A stretch of DNA of 58,959 bases from an uncultured Bacilli bacterium (GTDB taxonomy: Bacteria; Bacillota_I; Bacilli_A; RFN20; CAG-449). The position numbers and the translations under genes are program-made. Location of the stretch: positions 1 through 58,959 of the forward strand of contig CANQTY010000004.1 in assembly GCA_947626895.1 (NCBI GenBank), read 5' to 3'. Below are positions 10,497 to 19,358 of this stretch, piece by piece (positions within the stretch are counted from its first letter, which is position 1; each line of letters begins with the position of its first letter). The notes below the pieces were generated by a model. That model worked only from the letters and a program-made list of their open reading frames with translations, had not been told where the DNA came from and did not search any database.

Positions 10497-12244
10497 GACC
10501 ACATTTTATAGTAATAACCCTTATTTTTTAATAACGTTTTATGATTTCCTTCTTCAATAATCTTACCATCTTCAATAACGATAATCTTATCTGCGTCCTT
10601 AATCGTGGATAAACGATGGGCTACAACGAGCATCGTACCAATCGATTTCATCTTTTCTAAGGATTCTTGAATTAACACTTCTGTTTCACTATCAATATTT
10701 GCTGTTGCTTCATCTAATATTAATATCGATGGTTTTCTAACTACTGTTCTAGCAAAAGATAATAATTGACGTTGTCCAGCAGAAAAATTAATACCGTTTT
10801 CACGAACTTCTTCTTTTAAACCTAAAGGAAGTCGATTAATAAAGTGATCTGCATTTACATATTTACAGGCTTCAAGAATTTGTTCATCGCTAATATCTTC
10901 ATCTCTTAAACGAATATTGCTTTCAATGGTTCCAGAAAATAAGAATACATCTTGTAACATTTGACCAATATTTTTACGCAAAGATTTTAATTTAATCTTC
11001 TTAATATCGACCCCATCTATTAAAATTTGGCCTTTTTGCACATCATAATTTCGTACAATTAAAGATAGAATTGTTGTCTTCCCTGCGCCTGTTTGACCAA
11101 CAAAAGCGACGGTTTCTCCTGGATTTACTTTAAAGCTTACATCTTTTAAAATCCAATTTTCTTCATTATATGCAAAATAGACATGCTTAAATTCTATTTC
11201 ACCTTTGAAAGAAGTTATATCCATAGCATCTTCTTCATCTTCAATCGTAGGTTTAATATCCATTAAAGCAAATAATCTTTCCGAAGCGGAAAAGGCTCTT
11301 TGAAAACCATTTAATAAATCCGATAGATTTTGGATTGGACCAAAGAAATGATCAATATACATATAGAATAATAAGAACGTTTCCGCGGCGATAATTCCTT
11401 CTTCAACATAAGGAATGCCAACAGCAAAACAAGTTGCCACGGCTAAGATGTATAATAGGCTTATTCCTGGACGATAAAAGGCAAATGCTAAAGTAATTTT
11501 ATATGCTGCTTTTCTTAATTTCGTATTATGTTCTTCAAATTCTTCTTTTTTACGTTCTTCTTGATTAAATACTTGAGTTACTTTCATTCCTGAAAGATTT
11601 TCTGATAAAAATGTATTCATTAAAGAGATTTCTTTTCTTTCTTCTCTAAAGATTTTTTTAGCAACATAACGGAAGATAAAAGAAATCACCGCGACTAAAA
11701 AGACAAAAATAAGCATAAATAAAGTCATTTGCCACGAAACGACAAACATCACGACAAATGTACCTAATACAAGCAAGATATTTCTTAAGAAATTCACAAT
11801 TAAATTAGAAAACAAATCCGAAACGGCGACGGTATCATTGGTCACTCTAGTAACTAACTTACCAACTGGAATTTCATTAAATTGCGATAAAGATAACGAC
11901 TCAATATGCGTGAAAACATCCTCTCTTAGCTGGACGACAATTTGTTGACCTGTTTTTTGTAATAAAATTGATAAGAAATAGGAAAATACAATATTGATGA
12001 CGGTTAGTAAAAAATAAGTTCCCACCAAAATTAAAATGAACATAATTTCAATATTTCCATCTTTAGGATCTAGTTTTCCTGTCACTGTAGAAATGATTAA
12101 AGGCAAGACAATATCAAGGGCTACATTGAGCATTAAAATACATACAGCAAGGATGAATTTGAATAGATGGGGGCGAATATAAGCAAAAGAGCGACGAAAA
12201 ACTTCGCTATCTTTCATCATGCGTTTATCTACTGCTTCAGTCAT
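10481..12244 (-). CDS. ABC exporter fused permease/ATPase subunit (consensus site)
   Basis: Walker A GQTGAGKTT, FSAGQRQ, Walker B ILILDEATA, H-loop VAHRLST. Confidence 0.92.
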   Translation of the reverse strand: MTEAVDKRMMKDSEVFRRSFAYIRPHLFKFILAVCILMLNVALDIVLPLIISTVTGKLDPKDGNIEIMFILILVGTYFLLTVINIVFSYFLSILLQKTGQQIVVQLREDVFTHIESLSLSQFNEIPVGKLVTRVTNDTVAVSDLFSNLIVNFLRNILLVLGTFVVMFVVSWQMTLFMLIFVFLVAVISFIFRYVAKKIFREERKEISLMNTFLSENLSGMKVTQVFNQEERKKEEFEEHNTKLRKAAYKITLAFAFYRPGISLLYILAVATCFAVGIPYVEEGIIAAETFLLFYMYIDHFFGPIQNLSDLLNGFQRAFSASERLFALMDIKPTIEDEEDAMDITSFKGEIEFKHVYFAYNEENWILKDVSFKVNPGETVAFVGQTGAGKTTILSLIVRNYDVQKGQILIDGVDIKKIKLKSLRKNIGQMLQDVFLFSGTIESNIRLRDEDISDEQILEACKYVNADHFINRLPLGLKEEVRENGINFSAGQRQLLSFARTVVRKPSILILDEATANIDSETEVLIQESLEKMKSIGTMLVVAHRLSTIKDADKIIVIEDGKIIEEGNHKTLLKNKGYYYKMWSYIDE

Positions 12245-14012
12245 GATGCTTTCTCCCTTCCATCGAATCTTCGATTTTTTGTGTCGATACCATTTTTTGA
12301 TATAACGGCGATGTTTTCAATAGATTTTCATGGCTATCAAAGCCTTCAACTTCACCATCATTTAAAACTAAAATACGATCAAGATTTTCTACTGTTGATA
12401 CTCTTGAAGCGATAATAATCGTCGTTTTTCCGTCTCTTTCTTTTTTGATATTCTCAAGAATTTCTTTTTCCGTTTCCATATCGACCGCGGAAACAGAATC
12501 ATCAAAAATTAGGATTGGGGAATCTTTAATGACCGCGCGAGCAATAGCAATTCTTTGCTTTTGGCCTCCAGATAAAGAAACTCCTCTTTCTCCAGTAATC
12601 GTATCATAACCTTCAGAAAAACCAAGAATATTATCCTTAACCGCGGCAAAACTCGCGGCATGATCAATCTTTTCAAACTCTACACTTTCATTATAAAAAG
12701 CGATATTATTTCGCACTTTATCCGAGAATAAAAAGCTATCTTGAGGGACATATCCCATAATTTTATGAACATCTTTTACCCTTAAAGACATGATATCTTT
12801 TCCATCAATATAAACCTGTTCAGCATCAATGTCATAAAGTCTTAAAAGAACATCGGTTAAAGTGGTTTTTCCACTTCCAATTCTTCCAACAATCCCAATT
12901 TTTTCTCCAGCTTTAATATGGATAGAGATATCTTTTAAAGCAGGTTTTTGATCCTCTCGATAATAAAAAGTAAAGTTTTTAAATTCAATATCCCCAAGAA
13001 CTGGAGTAGTTAACTCTTCATTCCCTCCATGAATATCATTAGGTAAATCTAATAAAGTAGAAATACGTTTTAATGAAGTTCTTGCTTTACTATGCATCAC
13101 AATAAATGAACCTAAAGCCATCATTGGCCAAATTAAAGTTGTAAAGTATCCTACAAATTTAGCAATACCTCCGACGGAAAGAATTTGGTCCATTTGCCCT
13201 ACGCTTTGTAGATAAACAATATATCCCCCGACACCGAGAATTAAAACGATAACTGTTGAACATAAAAAACTTGTTATCGCATCGACTGCCGCGGAAAACT
13301 TAGTTAAGGATACATCCGCTTTTCGACATTCCATTCCAAGTCTAACTGCTTCTGTATGTTCATAAGCTTCTTGAATACAAGCTTTAATTACACGTATACC
13401 CGAAAAATTTTCTTGTGCAAACGTGGATAAATCATCTAACTTTTTTTGTCGATTTTCATAACGTTTAGACATCCCTTTTTCAATAAAACCACTTAAAAAG
13501 GCGATAAGTACTAAGGGAAGCATAGAAAATAGAGTTAATCTCCAATCTAGAACAAACATTTTATATAAAGTTAAAGAACCTAAAAAAGCAAAGTCTACTA
13601 AAGTAATCGTGCCAAAACCGAATAAATCCTGAATGGTTTCAACATCATAAGTCATTAACGACATGAGTTCACCAACTTTATTATTCGAAAATTGATTTCT
13701 TGATAAGGTGGTAGTTTTATAAAAGATTTTTCTTCTTAAATCAGCTTGAATTTTTGTTGCCATACCAAAAAGAGCAACTCTCCAGATGAAACGACCAATC
13801 ATCATGATAAACGCTACAACAACAAGGGTAATCACCATTTTATTTAAATAAGTTGAAGCAGGAACGTTGTTTGTTAAATTATCCAAAGCATCTCCTAGAT
13901 ATTCTGGAACGATTAATTGAACATAATCGACTATAACTAAAGCGATGAGTCCAATAAGTATATGGAGTCCATACTTTATATAAAAACCATTAACATGTTT
14001 TCCAAATAACAT
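12237..14012 (-). CDS. ABC exporter fused permease/ATPase subunit (degenerate site)
   Basis: Walker A GRIGSGKTT, LSGGQKQR, Walker B ILIFDDS (Asp in place of Glu). The H-loop position reads IASRVST. Overlaps its partner gene by 8 nt. Confidence 0.92.
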   Translation of the reverse strand: MLFGKHVNGFYIKYGLHILIGLIALVIVDYVQLIVPEYLGDALDNLTNNVPASTYLNKMVITLVVVAFIMMIGRFIWRVALFGMATKIQADLRRKIFYKTTTLSRNQFSNNKVGELMSLMTYDVETIQDLFGFGTITLVDFAFLGSLTLYKMFVLDWRLTLFSMLPLVLIAFLSGFIEKGMSKRYENRQKKLDDLSTFAQENFSGIRVIKACIQEAYEHTEAVRLGMECRKADVSLTKFSAAVDAITSFLCSTVIVLILGVGGYIVYLQSVGQMDQILSVGGIAKFVGYFTTLIWPMMALGSFIVMHSKARTSLKRISTLLDLPNDIHGGNEELTTPVLGDIEFKNFTFYYREDQKPALKDISIHIKAGEKIGIVGRIGSGKTTLTDVLLRLYDIDAEQVYIDGKDIMSLRVKDVHKIMGYVPQDSFLFSDKVRNNIAFYNESVEFEKIDHAASFAAVKDNILGFSEGYDTITGERGVSLSGGQKQRIAIARAVIKDSPILIFDDSVSAVDMETEKEILENIKKERDGKTTIIIASRVSTVENLDRILVLNDGEVEGFDSHENLLKTSPLYQKMVSTQKIEDSMEGRKHHD

Positions 14013-14036
14013 ATGACACCTCCGTACGTTAACTAA

Positions 14037-14058
14037 TTTTACCTAAATATAGGTAAAA
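14037..14058. promoter_or_regulatory. 22-bp near-perfect palindrome upstream of the ABC exporter operon (candidate operator)
   Basis: TTTTACCTAAATATAGGTAAAA has 10 of 11 symmetric positions. It lies 25-46 nt upstream of start codon 14012. Confidence 0.35.
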
Positions 14059-14196
14059 ATGCAACATAATTAAAAGAGTATAAAGCTTATTATTTTAGCG
14101 CTACGATGTTCTATTTTTAAAGCATTAGATATATGGGTAAAGGGCGCTAGCGATGAGTTGTTGTATTTCGAATTTACTAACGCCCATTACTTCAAA

Positions 14197-14400
14197 TTAT
14201 TCGCCTAGTTTGACAACGTTTTTGGCTTGTAAACCTCTTTCGGTTTCAGTCAAATCGAATTCAACCGGTTGACCTTCATCTAGAGAGCGATAACCTTCTT
14301 CCATTATCTGGGAGTAATGGACGAAGATGTCTTCGCCTTGTCCGCGGTTGATGAATCCATAGCCCTTCTCGGCATTGAACCATTTCACTTTTCCTGTCAT
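14197..14400 (-). CDS. Cold-shock protein (CspA family)
   Basis: [17 protein letters not shown]...DIFVHYS carries the RNP1/RNP2 motifs. ATG 14400 follows GGAAGGTGG. The ORF-track N-terminal extension is unlikely. Confidence 0.93.
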   Translation of the reverse strand: MTGKVKWFNAEKGYGFINRGQGEDIFVHYSQIMEEGYRSLDEGQPVEFDLTETERGLQAKNVVKLGE

Positions 14401-14478
14401 ACGTACCACCTTCCTGCAGTTAATAACTACATAAAAATTATAAAAAACTTTTCCAAGCATCTATAGACATTTCGTAAG

Positions 14479-15093
14479 TCAAATTCCCCCATTTTTAGGC
14501 ATTGTATAAGCCAATGTGACAATTTCTATCTTTTTTGGATGAAGTTCGTCTAAAAGCTCTACGCAGCGCGATAATGTGCTACCCGTCGTCACAATATCAT
14601 CAAGAAGTAGAACCTTTTTATTTTCAAGCGGAGGATCAAGACAACGAATAATGTCTTTCACTGCTTCTTTCCTTTCTTTTTTGTTTAACGAAGATTGCTT
14701 AAAGTCTTTTTGCTTGATTAAACATCTACAAAAGGGTTTATTAAAGAAAGAAAAGATTTCTTCCACATGTAAAAAGCCTCTTTCTTTGTTACTCTCTTCT
14801 GTTGATGGCGCACATACAAGTACATAATCACGATACTTTATTTTTAAAAAGAACGCATCGTAAGCAAAAAAGACGGGCGCAAGTGCGATATCCTTACATC
14901 CCTTTAATTGATATATTAAAGAGACGATTTGATCTTCGTAAGGAAAATATGCGTGAACGCATCCCTTTTCTATAGGGATATCTTTAGGGTTCCTATTGAG
15001 CTTTAAAAAACAGCTTTGACAGATTGGAGCGTTAAAGAATAAGGAATGAATTCCTTGTTTTTTAATCTCATTAAAGCAGATTAAGCATCTCAT
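14479..15093 (-). CDS. comFC: ComF family protein / phosphoribosyltransferase-like competence protein ComFC
   Basis: N-terminal Cys pairs (CLIC...CQSC) and the PRT motif VLLLDDIVTTGST. Overlaps comFA by 4 nt. Confidence 0.85.
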   Translation of the reverse strand: MRCLICFNEIKKQGIHSLFFNAPICQSCFLKLNRNPKDIPIEKGCVHAYFPYEDQIVSLIYQLKGCKDIALAPVFFAYDAFFLKIKYRDYVLVCAPSTEESNKERGFLHVEEIFSFFNKPFCRCLIKQKDFKQSSLNKKERKEAVKDIIRCLDPPLENKKVLLLDDIVTTGSTLSRCVELLDELHPKKIEIVTLAYTMPKNGGI

Positions 15094-16223
15094 AAATTAG
15101 CCTCCTTGATCTTTTCAATGGATAAATTCATCGCTTTTGATATCGAATCAGCGATGTAGATGACTTCGCCTTCTGGAGCATCCTTTTTTCTTCCTACTCT
15201 TCCTGAAATTTGGATTAAAGTTGCATCATCAAACAAAACATGATTTGCATCATAAATAATTACTTGAAGATTCTTTACCGTGACTCCACGTTCAAGAATT
15301 GATGTAGTTATCAAATAGCGGTATTTACCCTTTTTAAAATCTGAGATAATCTGTTCTCGCTCTTTTCTTTGCGAATGAACAACCTCTCCATTTGGAAAGA
15401 AATGATGAACGAATCGATATAAATCTTTTGCTTCTTGAATCGTAGGGCAAAAGATAAAACAAGGTTTACCTTCGTTTTGAAAACCTTTTAATATCTTCAA
15501 AAGAATCAATTTTTTAAATAGCAAAGAAATTTTCATCGTAGGTATTGGTAAAGGATAACCATGATACCTTTTAGTAAGTTCTAAATACACCCCATTCTGC
15601 TTAATAACCTCATCAATCATCTCCTTTCTTGGTGTCGCAGACATGAGAATGTAATTTCCTTTTACTGAGGCATGAAAGAAATTTTTTAACATTTCATTTC
15701 CTTGGTAAGGGAACGCATCAATTTCATCAAAAATTAATAAATCAAAATAATTCTTATAACGATACAATTGATGCGTTGTAAGTAAAATAATATCGCCATT
15801 TAAATCATCATGATGCCCTCCATAGATGGAGATGACTTTTGCGGAAGGAAAGGATGTAGCAAAGCGAGGGAGTAAATCGATGACAACATCTTTCCGTGGT
15901 ACCACAAAACCAACCTGCAAATGATTGAATAAGCAATTTTCTACCGCGGGATAAATAAGTTCTGTTTTTCCCGCGCCAGTCACTGCATATAGAAAAACAT
16001 TTTGATGGTTTAAAATGGCATCTTTGATTTGCAAAGAAATCCTTTTTTGATCACTAGAAAGTTCGTAACTGAGTTTTAAAGGACTTGCTTTGATTTCTAG
16101 ATTTTCTTCTGCTTCTTTACCCATGAAAGAAATACAGCGTCGGCAATAAAGCTCATGCTTTTTGTTATAAGCAAAATAAAGTGGATCTTCATTGCCACAA
16201 ATGGGACATTTCATTTTTTTCAC
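15090..16223 (-). CDS. comFA: ComFA-like DEAD/DEAH-box helicase (late competence)
   Basis: N-terminal zinc ribbon CPICG...CRRC, Walker A VTGAGKTE, a DEID box, and helicase C motifs (TTSILERGVT, SGRVGR). Confidence 0.85.
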   Translation of the reverse strand: MKKMKCPICGNEDPLYFAYNKKHELYCRRCISFMGKEAEENLEIKASPLKLSYELSSDQKRISLQIKDAILNHQNVFLYAVTGAGKTELIYPAVENCLFNHLQVGFVVPRKDVVIDLLPRFATSFPSAKVISIYGGHHDDLNGDIILLTTHQLYRYKNYFDLLIFDEIDAFPYQGNEMLKNFFHASVKGNYILMSATPRKEMIDEVIKQNGVYLELTKRYHGYPLPIPTMKISLLFKKLILLKILKGFQNEGKPCFIFCPTIQEAKDLYRFVHHFFPNGEVVHSQRKEREQIISDFKKGKYRYLITTSILERGVTVKNLQVIIYDANHVLFDDATLIQISGRVGRKKDAPEGEVIYIADSISKAMNLSIEKIKEANL

Positions 16224-16296
16224 CTCCTACTATATAAAATCCACAAAAAAATAAAAAAATGGTAAAAAAAATTTATAAATTTTTTCTTCGTTTTAT

Positions 16297-16322
16297 AAAA
16301 CGCCTATTTCTAGGCGCTTTTC
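16297..16322. terminator. Bidirectional hairpin terminator
   Basis: AAAA-CGCCTA-TTTC-TAGGCG-CTTTT. Confidence 0.5.
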
Positions 16323-16360
16323 ATAAAAAATTTTTTTGATTATTTTATTTCATTAAAGTT

Positions 16361-16388
16361 AAAAAAATCGCTAGAGATTTTCTAACGA
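16361..16388 (-). terminator. Rho-independent terminator after the LytM-domain gene
   Basis: The minus strand reads TCGTTAGA-AAATC-TCTAGCGA followed by TTTTTTT. Confidence 0.6.
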
Positions 16389-16392
16389 CCTT

Positions 16393-17073
16393 TTATAAGT
16401 TCTTAACTGAAGTAGAATAACATTTTTCAGGATTTTGATTTTCTCCATCTTTTAAGATTTCAAAGTGTAATGATGATTTTAACTCTTCTGTATATTTAGA
16501 AGTTCCAGAAGTAGCAATCTTATCTCCTTGCTTTACTTCATCATTCTTATTAACAGACATGTTTCCTAAAGAGGCATAGAGCATTTGAATTCCTGAACGG
16601 TGTTCTATAACTAACACATTTCCATAAGTAGGATCAACAAACTTATCTACGACTGTCCCAGATAAGGATGCAACAACTGGAAATTCTTTTCCATCACTAT
16701 ACGCATAATCATTTCCTTTACTACGAATATAAGTGGATGTCTTTCCTTCAACCTTGACAATCGCTTTTAAACGGATTTCTTGAGCATCTTGTGCATCATA
16801 GAAATAACGCATTACTTCTGGATTTCCTTCGTATGGGCGAATGATTTCCTCTTCCATAACATCAACGATTGGTGTATCTGGAATACTATGTGGAGTTGAA
16901 GACGATGGAGTTTCTACATGCGACACATAAGAGGATGATCCACTTGTAATCGAACTAGGAGATTCCTCGCCTGTTGATAAAAGAAATGCACTTGTAAAGA
17001 TAACGACCGCTCCTAAACATAACGCTGCTCCTGCTTTTGCTTCTGTAGACATATTTTTGAATGGATTTTTCAT
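16393..17073 (-). CDS. Membrane-anchored M23/LytM-domain protein, metal ligands apparently degenerate
   Basis: An N-terminal TM segment, an S/P-rich linker and a C-terminal LytM fold (GNVLVIEHRSGIQMLYASL...GDKIATSG...SLHFEILKDGENQNP). It has YASL where YxHL is usual. It has SLH where HxH is usual. Confidence 0.75.
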   Translation of the reverse strand: MKNPFKNMSTEAKAGAALCLGAVVIFTSAFLLSTGEESPSSITSGSSSYVSHVETPSSSTPHSIPDTPIVDVMEEEIIRPYEGNPEVMRYFYDAQDAQEIRLKAIVKVEGKTSTYIRSKGNDYAYSDGKEFPVVASLSGTVVDKFVDPTYGNVLVIEHRSGIQMLYASLGNMSVNKNDEVKQGDKIATSGTSKYTEELKSSLHFEILKDGENQNPEKCYSTSVKNL

Positions 17074-17139
17074 ATTCTTTTCACCTCACTAATCATCTTT
17101 CCCAAAAGTAAAAGTTTTATTCACTTTTTTTCAATTCAT

Positions 17140-17171
17140 CAAAAAAAGCTAAGAGTTTTACCCCTTAGCTC
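17140..17171 (-). terminator. Rho-independent terminator closing the four-gene operon
   Basis: The minus strand reads AGCTAAG-GGGTAAAACT-CTTAGCT followed by TTTTTT, 23 nt after stop 17194. Confidence 0.6.
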
Positions 17172-17193
17172 TTATTCTTATATATTTGAAAAA

Positions 17194-17658
17194 TTAGCGA
17201 TGTTTTCGTTTTTTATTTGGCATAGCAGATTCTTGTTCATGATGATAACGAAGATAACAATCCTGTAAAAGTGCATTATATTTGTTTTTTGCTTCTCTTA
17301 ATTCTCTAGCGCTACGCACCACTAAATTAGATTTCTCATCATAATCATCATCGTCCATATCGTCATCGTCAAAATAAAAATTAAAAGTGAAGTTATCTTC
17401 TTCCATGAAGAAAATATCAAGATTTTGAAAAATATCCGCGCAAATATCAATAGCCTTTTCACTTTTATATTCATCTAACCATGTGTAAAGTATTCCATCT
17501 TTATAAGCAATAACATTTTTCTCTTCAAGTACTTGAAATAGCTTTCTTATCCTTTGATACGGCAAAGAAAACTTATCCTGTATATTAGGAATTGTTACTT
17601 CATTAGTCTTCGTTAAATAACGTATTATTTCGATATACTTATCTTTAGTGATTTCCAT
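17194..17658 (-). CDS. Small wHTH (FtsK-gamma-like) protein with poly-Asp acidic tract and basic tail
   Basis: The N-terminal 60 aa have an FtsK-gamma/wHTH-like pattern (YIEIIRYL..VTIPNIQDKFSLPYQRIRKLFQVLEEKNVIAY). This is followed by FYFDDDDMDDDDYDE and a basic C-terminus (PNKKRKHR). The start is embedded in the upstream gene's last codons (14-nt overlap). Confidence 0.6.
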   Translation of the reverse strand: MEITKDKYIEIIRYLTKTNEVTIPNIQDKFSLPYQRIRKLFQVLEEKNVIAYKDGILYTWLDEYKSEKAIDICADIFQNLDIFFMEEDNFTFNFYFDDDDMDDDDYDEKSNLVVRSARELREAKNKYNALLQDCYLRYHHEQESAMPNKKRKHR

Positions 17659-19345
17659 ATCTACTTATTACTTCCTTTTTAAATTTTTCACACTTATTAA
17701 TAACTTCTTTAACTTCAGACGAAATGATATAATCATTAAAATCAGCCGTTTTAATGTTTGACCATTCTTTCCATTGATAATATGGCACTAACATAGAGAA
17801 TAATACATAGCCTGTATTTGCTTCAGTGATAACGCATTCACCTCTTTTTAGAGATCTTAATTGACTAATTGGAAAAGTATATACTGTTTCCATTGTATAT
17901 TGTTGTATTCTATCTGTATCCCCATTCAAAAAGTTCACTGGAGAAAAGCGCACAACTGAGCCACATTCATTTCTAAATTGTTCCACTGTTGGCATATTAT
18001 TAGAGCCTAAAAACACATGCATATTTAAGTTATCCTGAATGATTTTTGAAACAAGTCCACCATAAACATTATCAAGTTGAGCATAACTTTGAAGAATTAA
18101 GATAAAGAAAATATTTCTACCTCCACAGGCTGAAATGGTTGTATCAAAATCTGGAATTCTTGGAACATTTCCAAATTCATCTAAGACAAAATAGAAAGGA
18201 ACTTCTAATTTTCCATCTTTTCGATTTGTCGCATATGTAATCAAATATTCATATGCTTTTTGAATATAAGTTGAAATAACTTGATATTGATCCTTTACTT
18301 CGTCTTGATAGACGATAAATACCGCAACAGGATGTTCAGGATCTACTAATTCGCTTAAATCCAAAGTGTTAAAACTCGTTAAATGACGGATAGATGTATT
18401 CTTATATGGAGCTAACTTAACACCTAATATACTAATAATACATTGCGCTGTGTTCTTGGCATTGCCCAAGATTGTTCTTTGTGCATACTGACGTGCATAA
18501 GAAGTATATGGTCGCGATCTAAAATAGGCATTTTCTGATTGATCATAATATCCACTTGTCGCCTCTACTAAAGTAATTAATGTATTAAAATTAAATGTTT
18601 CTTCCGTAACTCTTGGTCTATTAGACGTAGGGTGAGTATCTTCAAGCATTCCCCAAAGGAAGGCTTTAAAAAGTTCTCCAGCAGCTTGTTCCCAATAGGG
18701 ATCTTTAAACGATTCTACGGTGATGACTTGACTAGCTAATTTGTCAATCAAAACACCAACTTCATCAAGAATATCCATCTTGTTTAATTCTAATTCTAAA
18801 TCTAAATCTTTTTGATCTTCATAGATTTGTCCACGATAACAATTTCTTTTTCCATGTGGAGTATCTACTACAGAAACTTCATCTTCTAAATTATCAATAG
18901 ATTGATATTTATGAAAAATATCTGAAAAGAAATTCCAATATTCAGAATGTCGATAATCTCGGTAATTTAACAAGCGAATACGATATTCATGTTCCTCTAA
19001 AAAGGGTGAAATTATACGATATAATTCACCTTTTGGGTCAGTAATGAATAAAGATCTTTTTTGTTTATATAAAGCAAAGACATGAAGCATAGGAATAACA
19101 TAACTTGTGGTTTTTCCTACACGTGTTGCAGCAATAACCGCGACATGTGTTTCTCTATCAGAGAAGGTAAAACATAAATCATCTCCAACATATTGACACA
19201 TTTTTAAGACCCCATGTAGATCTTTTCCGTCTTTAATTTCTGAATACTTATAAGTGTTTTCAAAATGATAATCAACATCTTTATATTTAATTACTTTTGT
19301 ATTTTCATAATTTTCAAAAATAGTATCATCAATTTGTATTTTCAT
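17645..19345 (-). CDS. Soluble VirD4/TraG/TraD-family (type IV coupling protein-like) P-loop ATPase, no TM anchor
   Basis: Walker A AATRVGKTTSYVIP, DPKGELY, Walker B FYFVLDEFGNVPRIP, and LILQSYAQLDNVYG (TraG-D_C signature). There is no hydrophobic N-terminus. The preferred start is ATG 19345 after GAGGTGGAG. The ORF-track start at 19381 is less likely. Confidence 0.8.
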   Translation of the reverse strand: MKIQIDDTIFENYENTKVIKYKDVDYHFENTYKYSEIKDGKDLHGVLKMCQYVGDDLCFTFSDRETHVAVIAATRVGKTTSYVIPMLHVFALYKQKRSLFITDPKGELYRIISPFLEEHEYRIRLLNYRDYRHSEYWNFFSDIFHKYQSIDNLEDEVSVVDTPHGKRNCYRGQIYEDQKDLDLELELNKMDILDEVGVLIDKLASQVITVESFKDPYWEQAAGELFKAFLWGMLEDTHPTSNRPRVTEETFNFNTLITLVEATSGYYDQSENAYFRSRPYTSYARQYAQRTILGNAKNTAQCIISILGVKLAPYKNTSIRHLTSFNTLDLSELVDPEHPVAVFIVYQDEVKDQYQVISTYIQKAYEYLITYATNRKDGKLEVPFYFVLDEFGNVPRIPDFDTTISACGGRNIFFILILQSYAQLDNVYGGLVSKIIQDNLNMHVFLGSNNMPTVEQFRNECGSVVRFSPVNFLNGDTDRIQQYTMETVYTFPISQLRSLKRGECVITEANTGYVLFSMLVPYYQWKEWSNIKTADFNDYIISSEVKEVINKCEKFKKEVISRYGNH

Positions 19346-19358
19346 TTTAGTCTCCACC

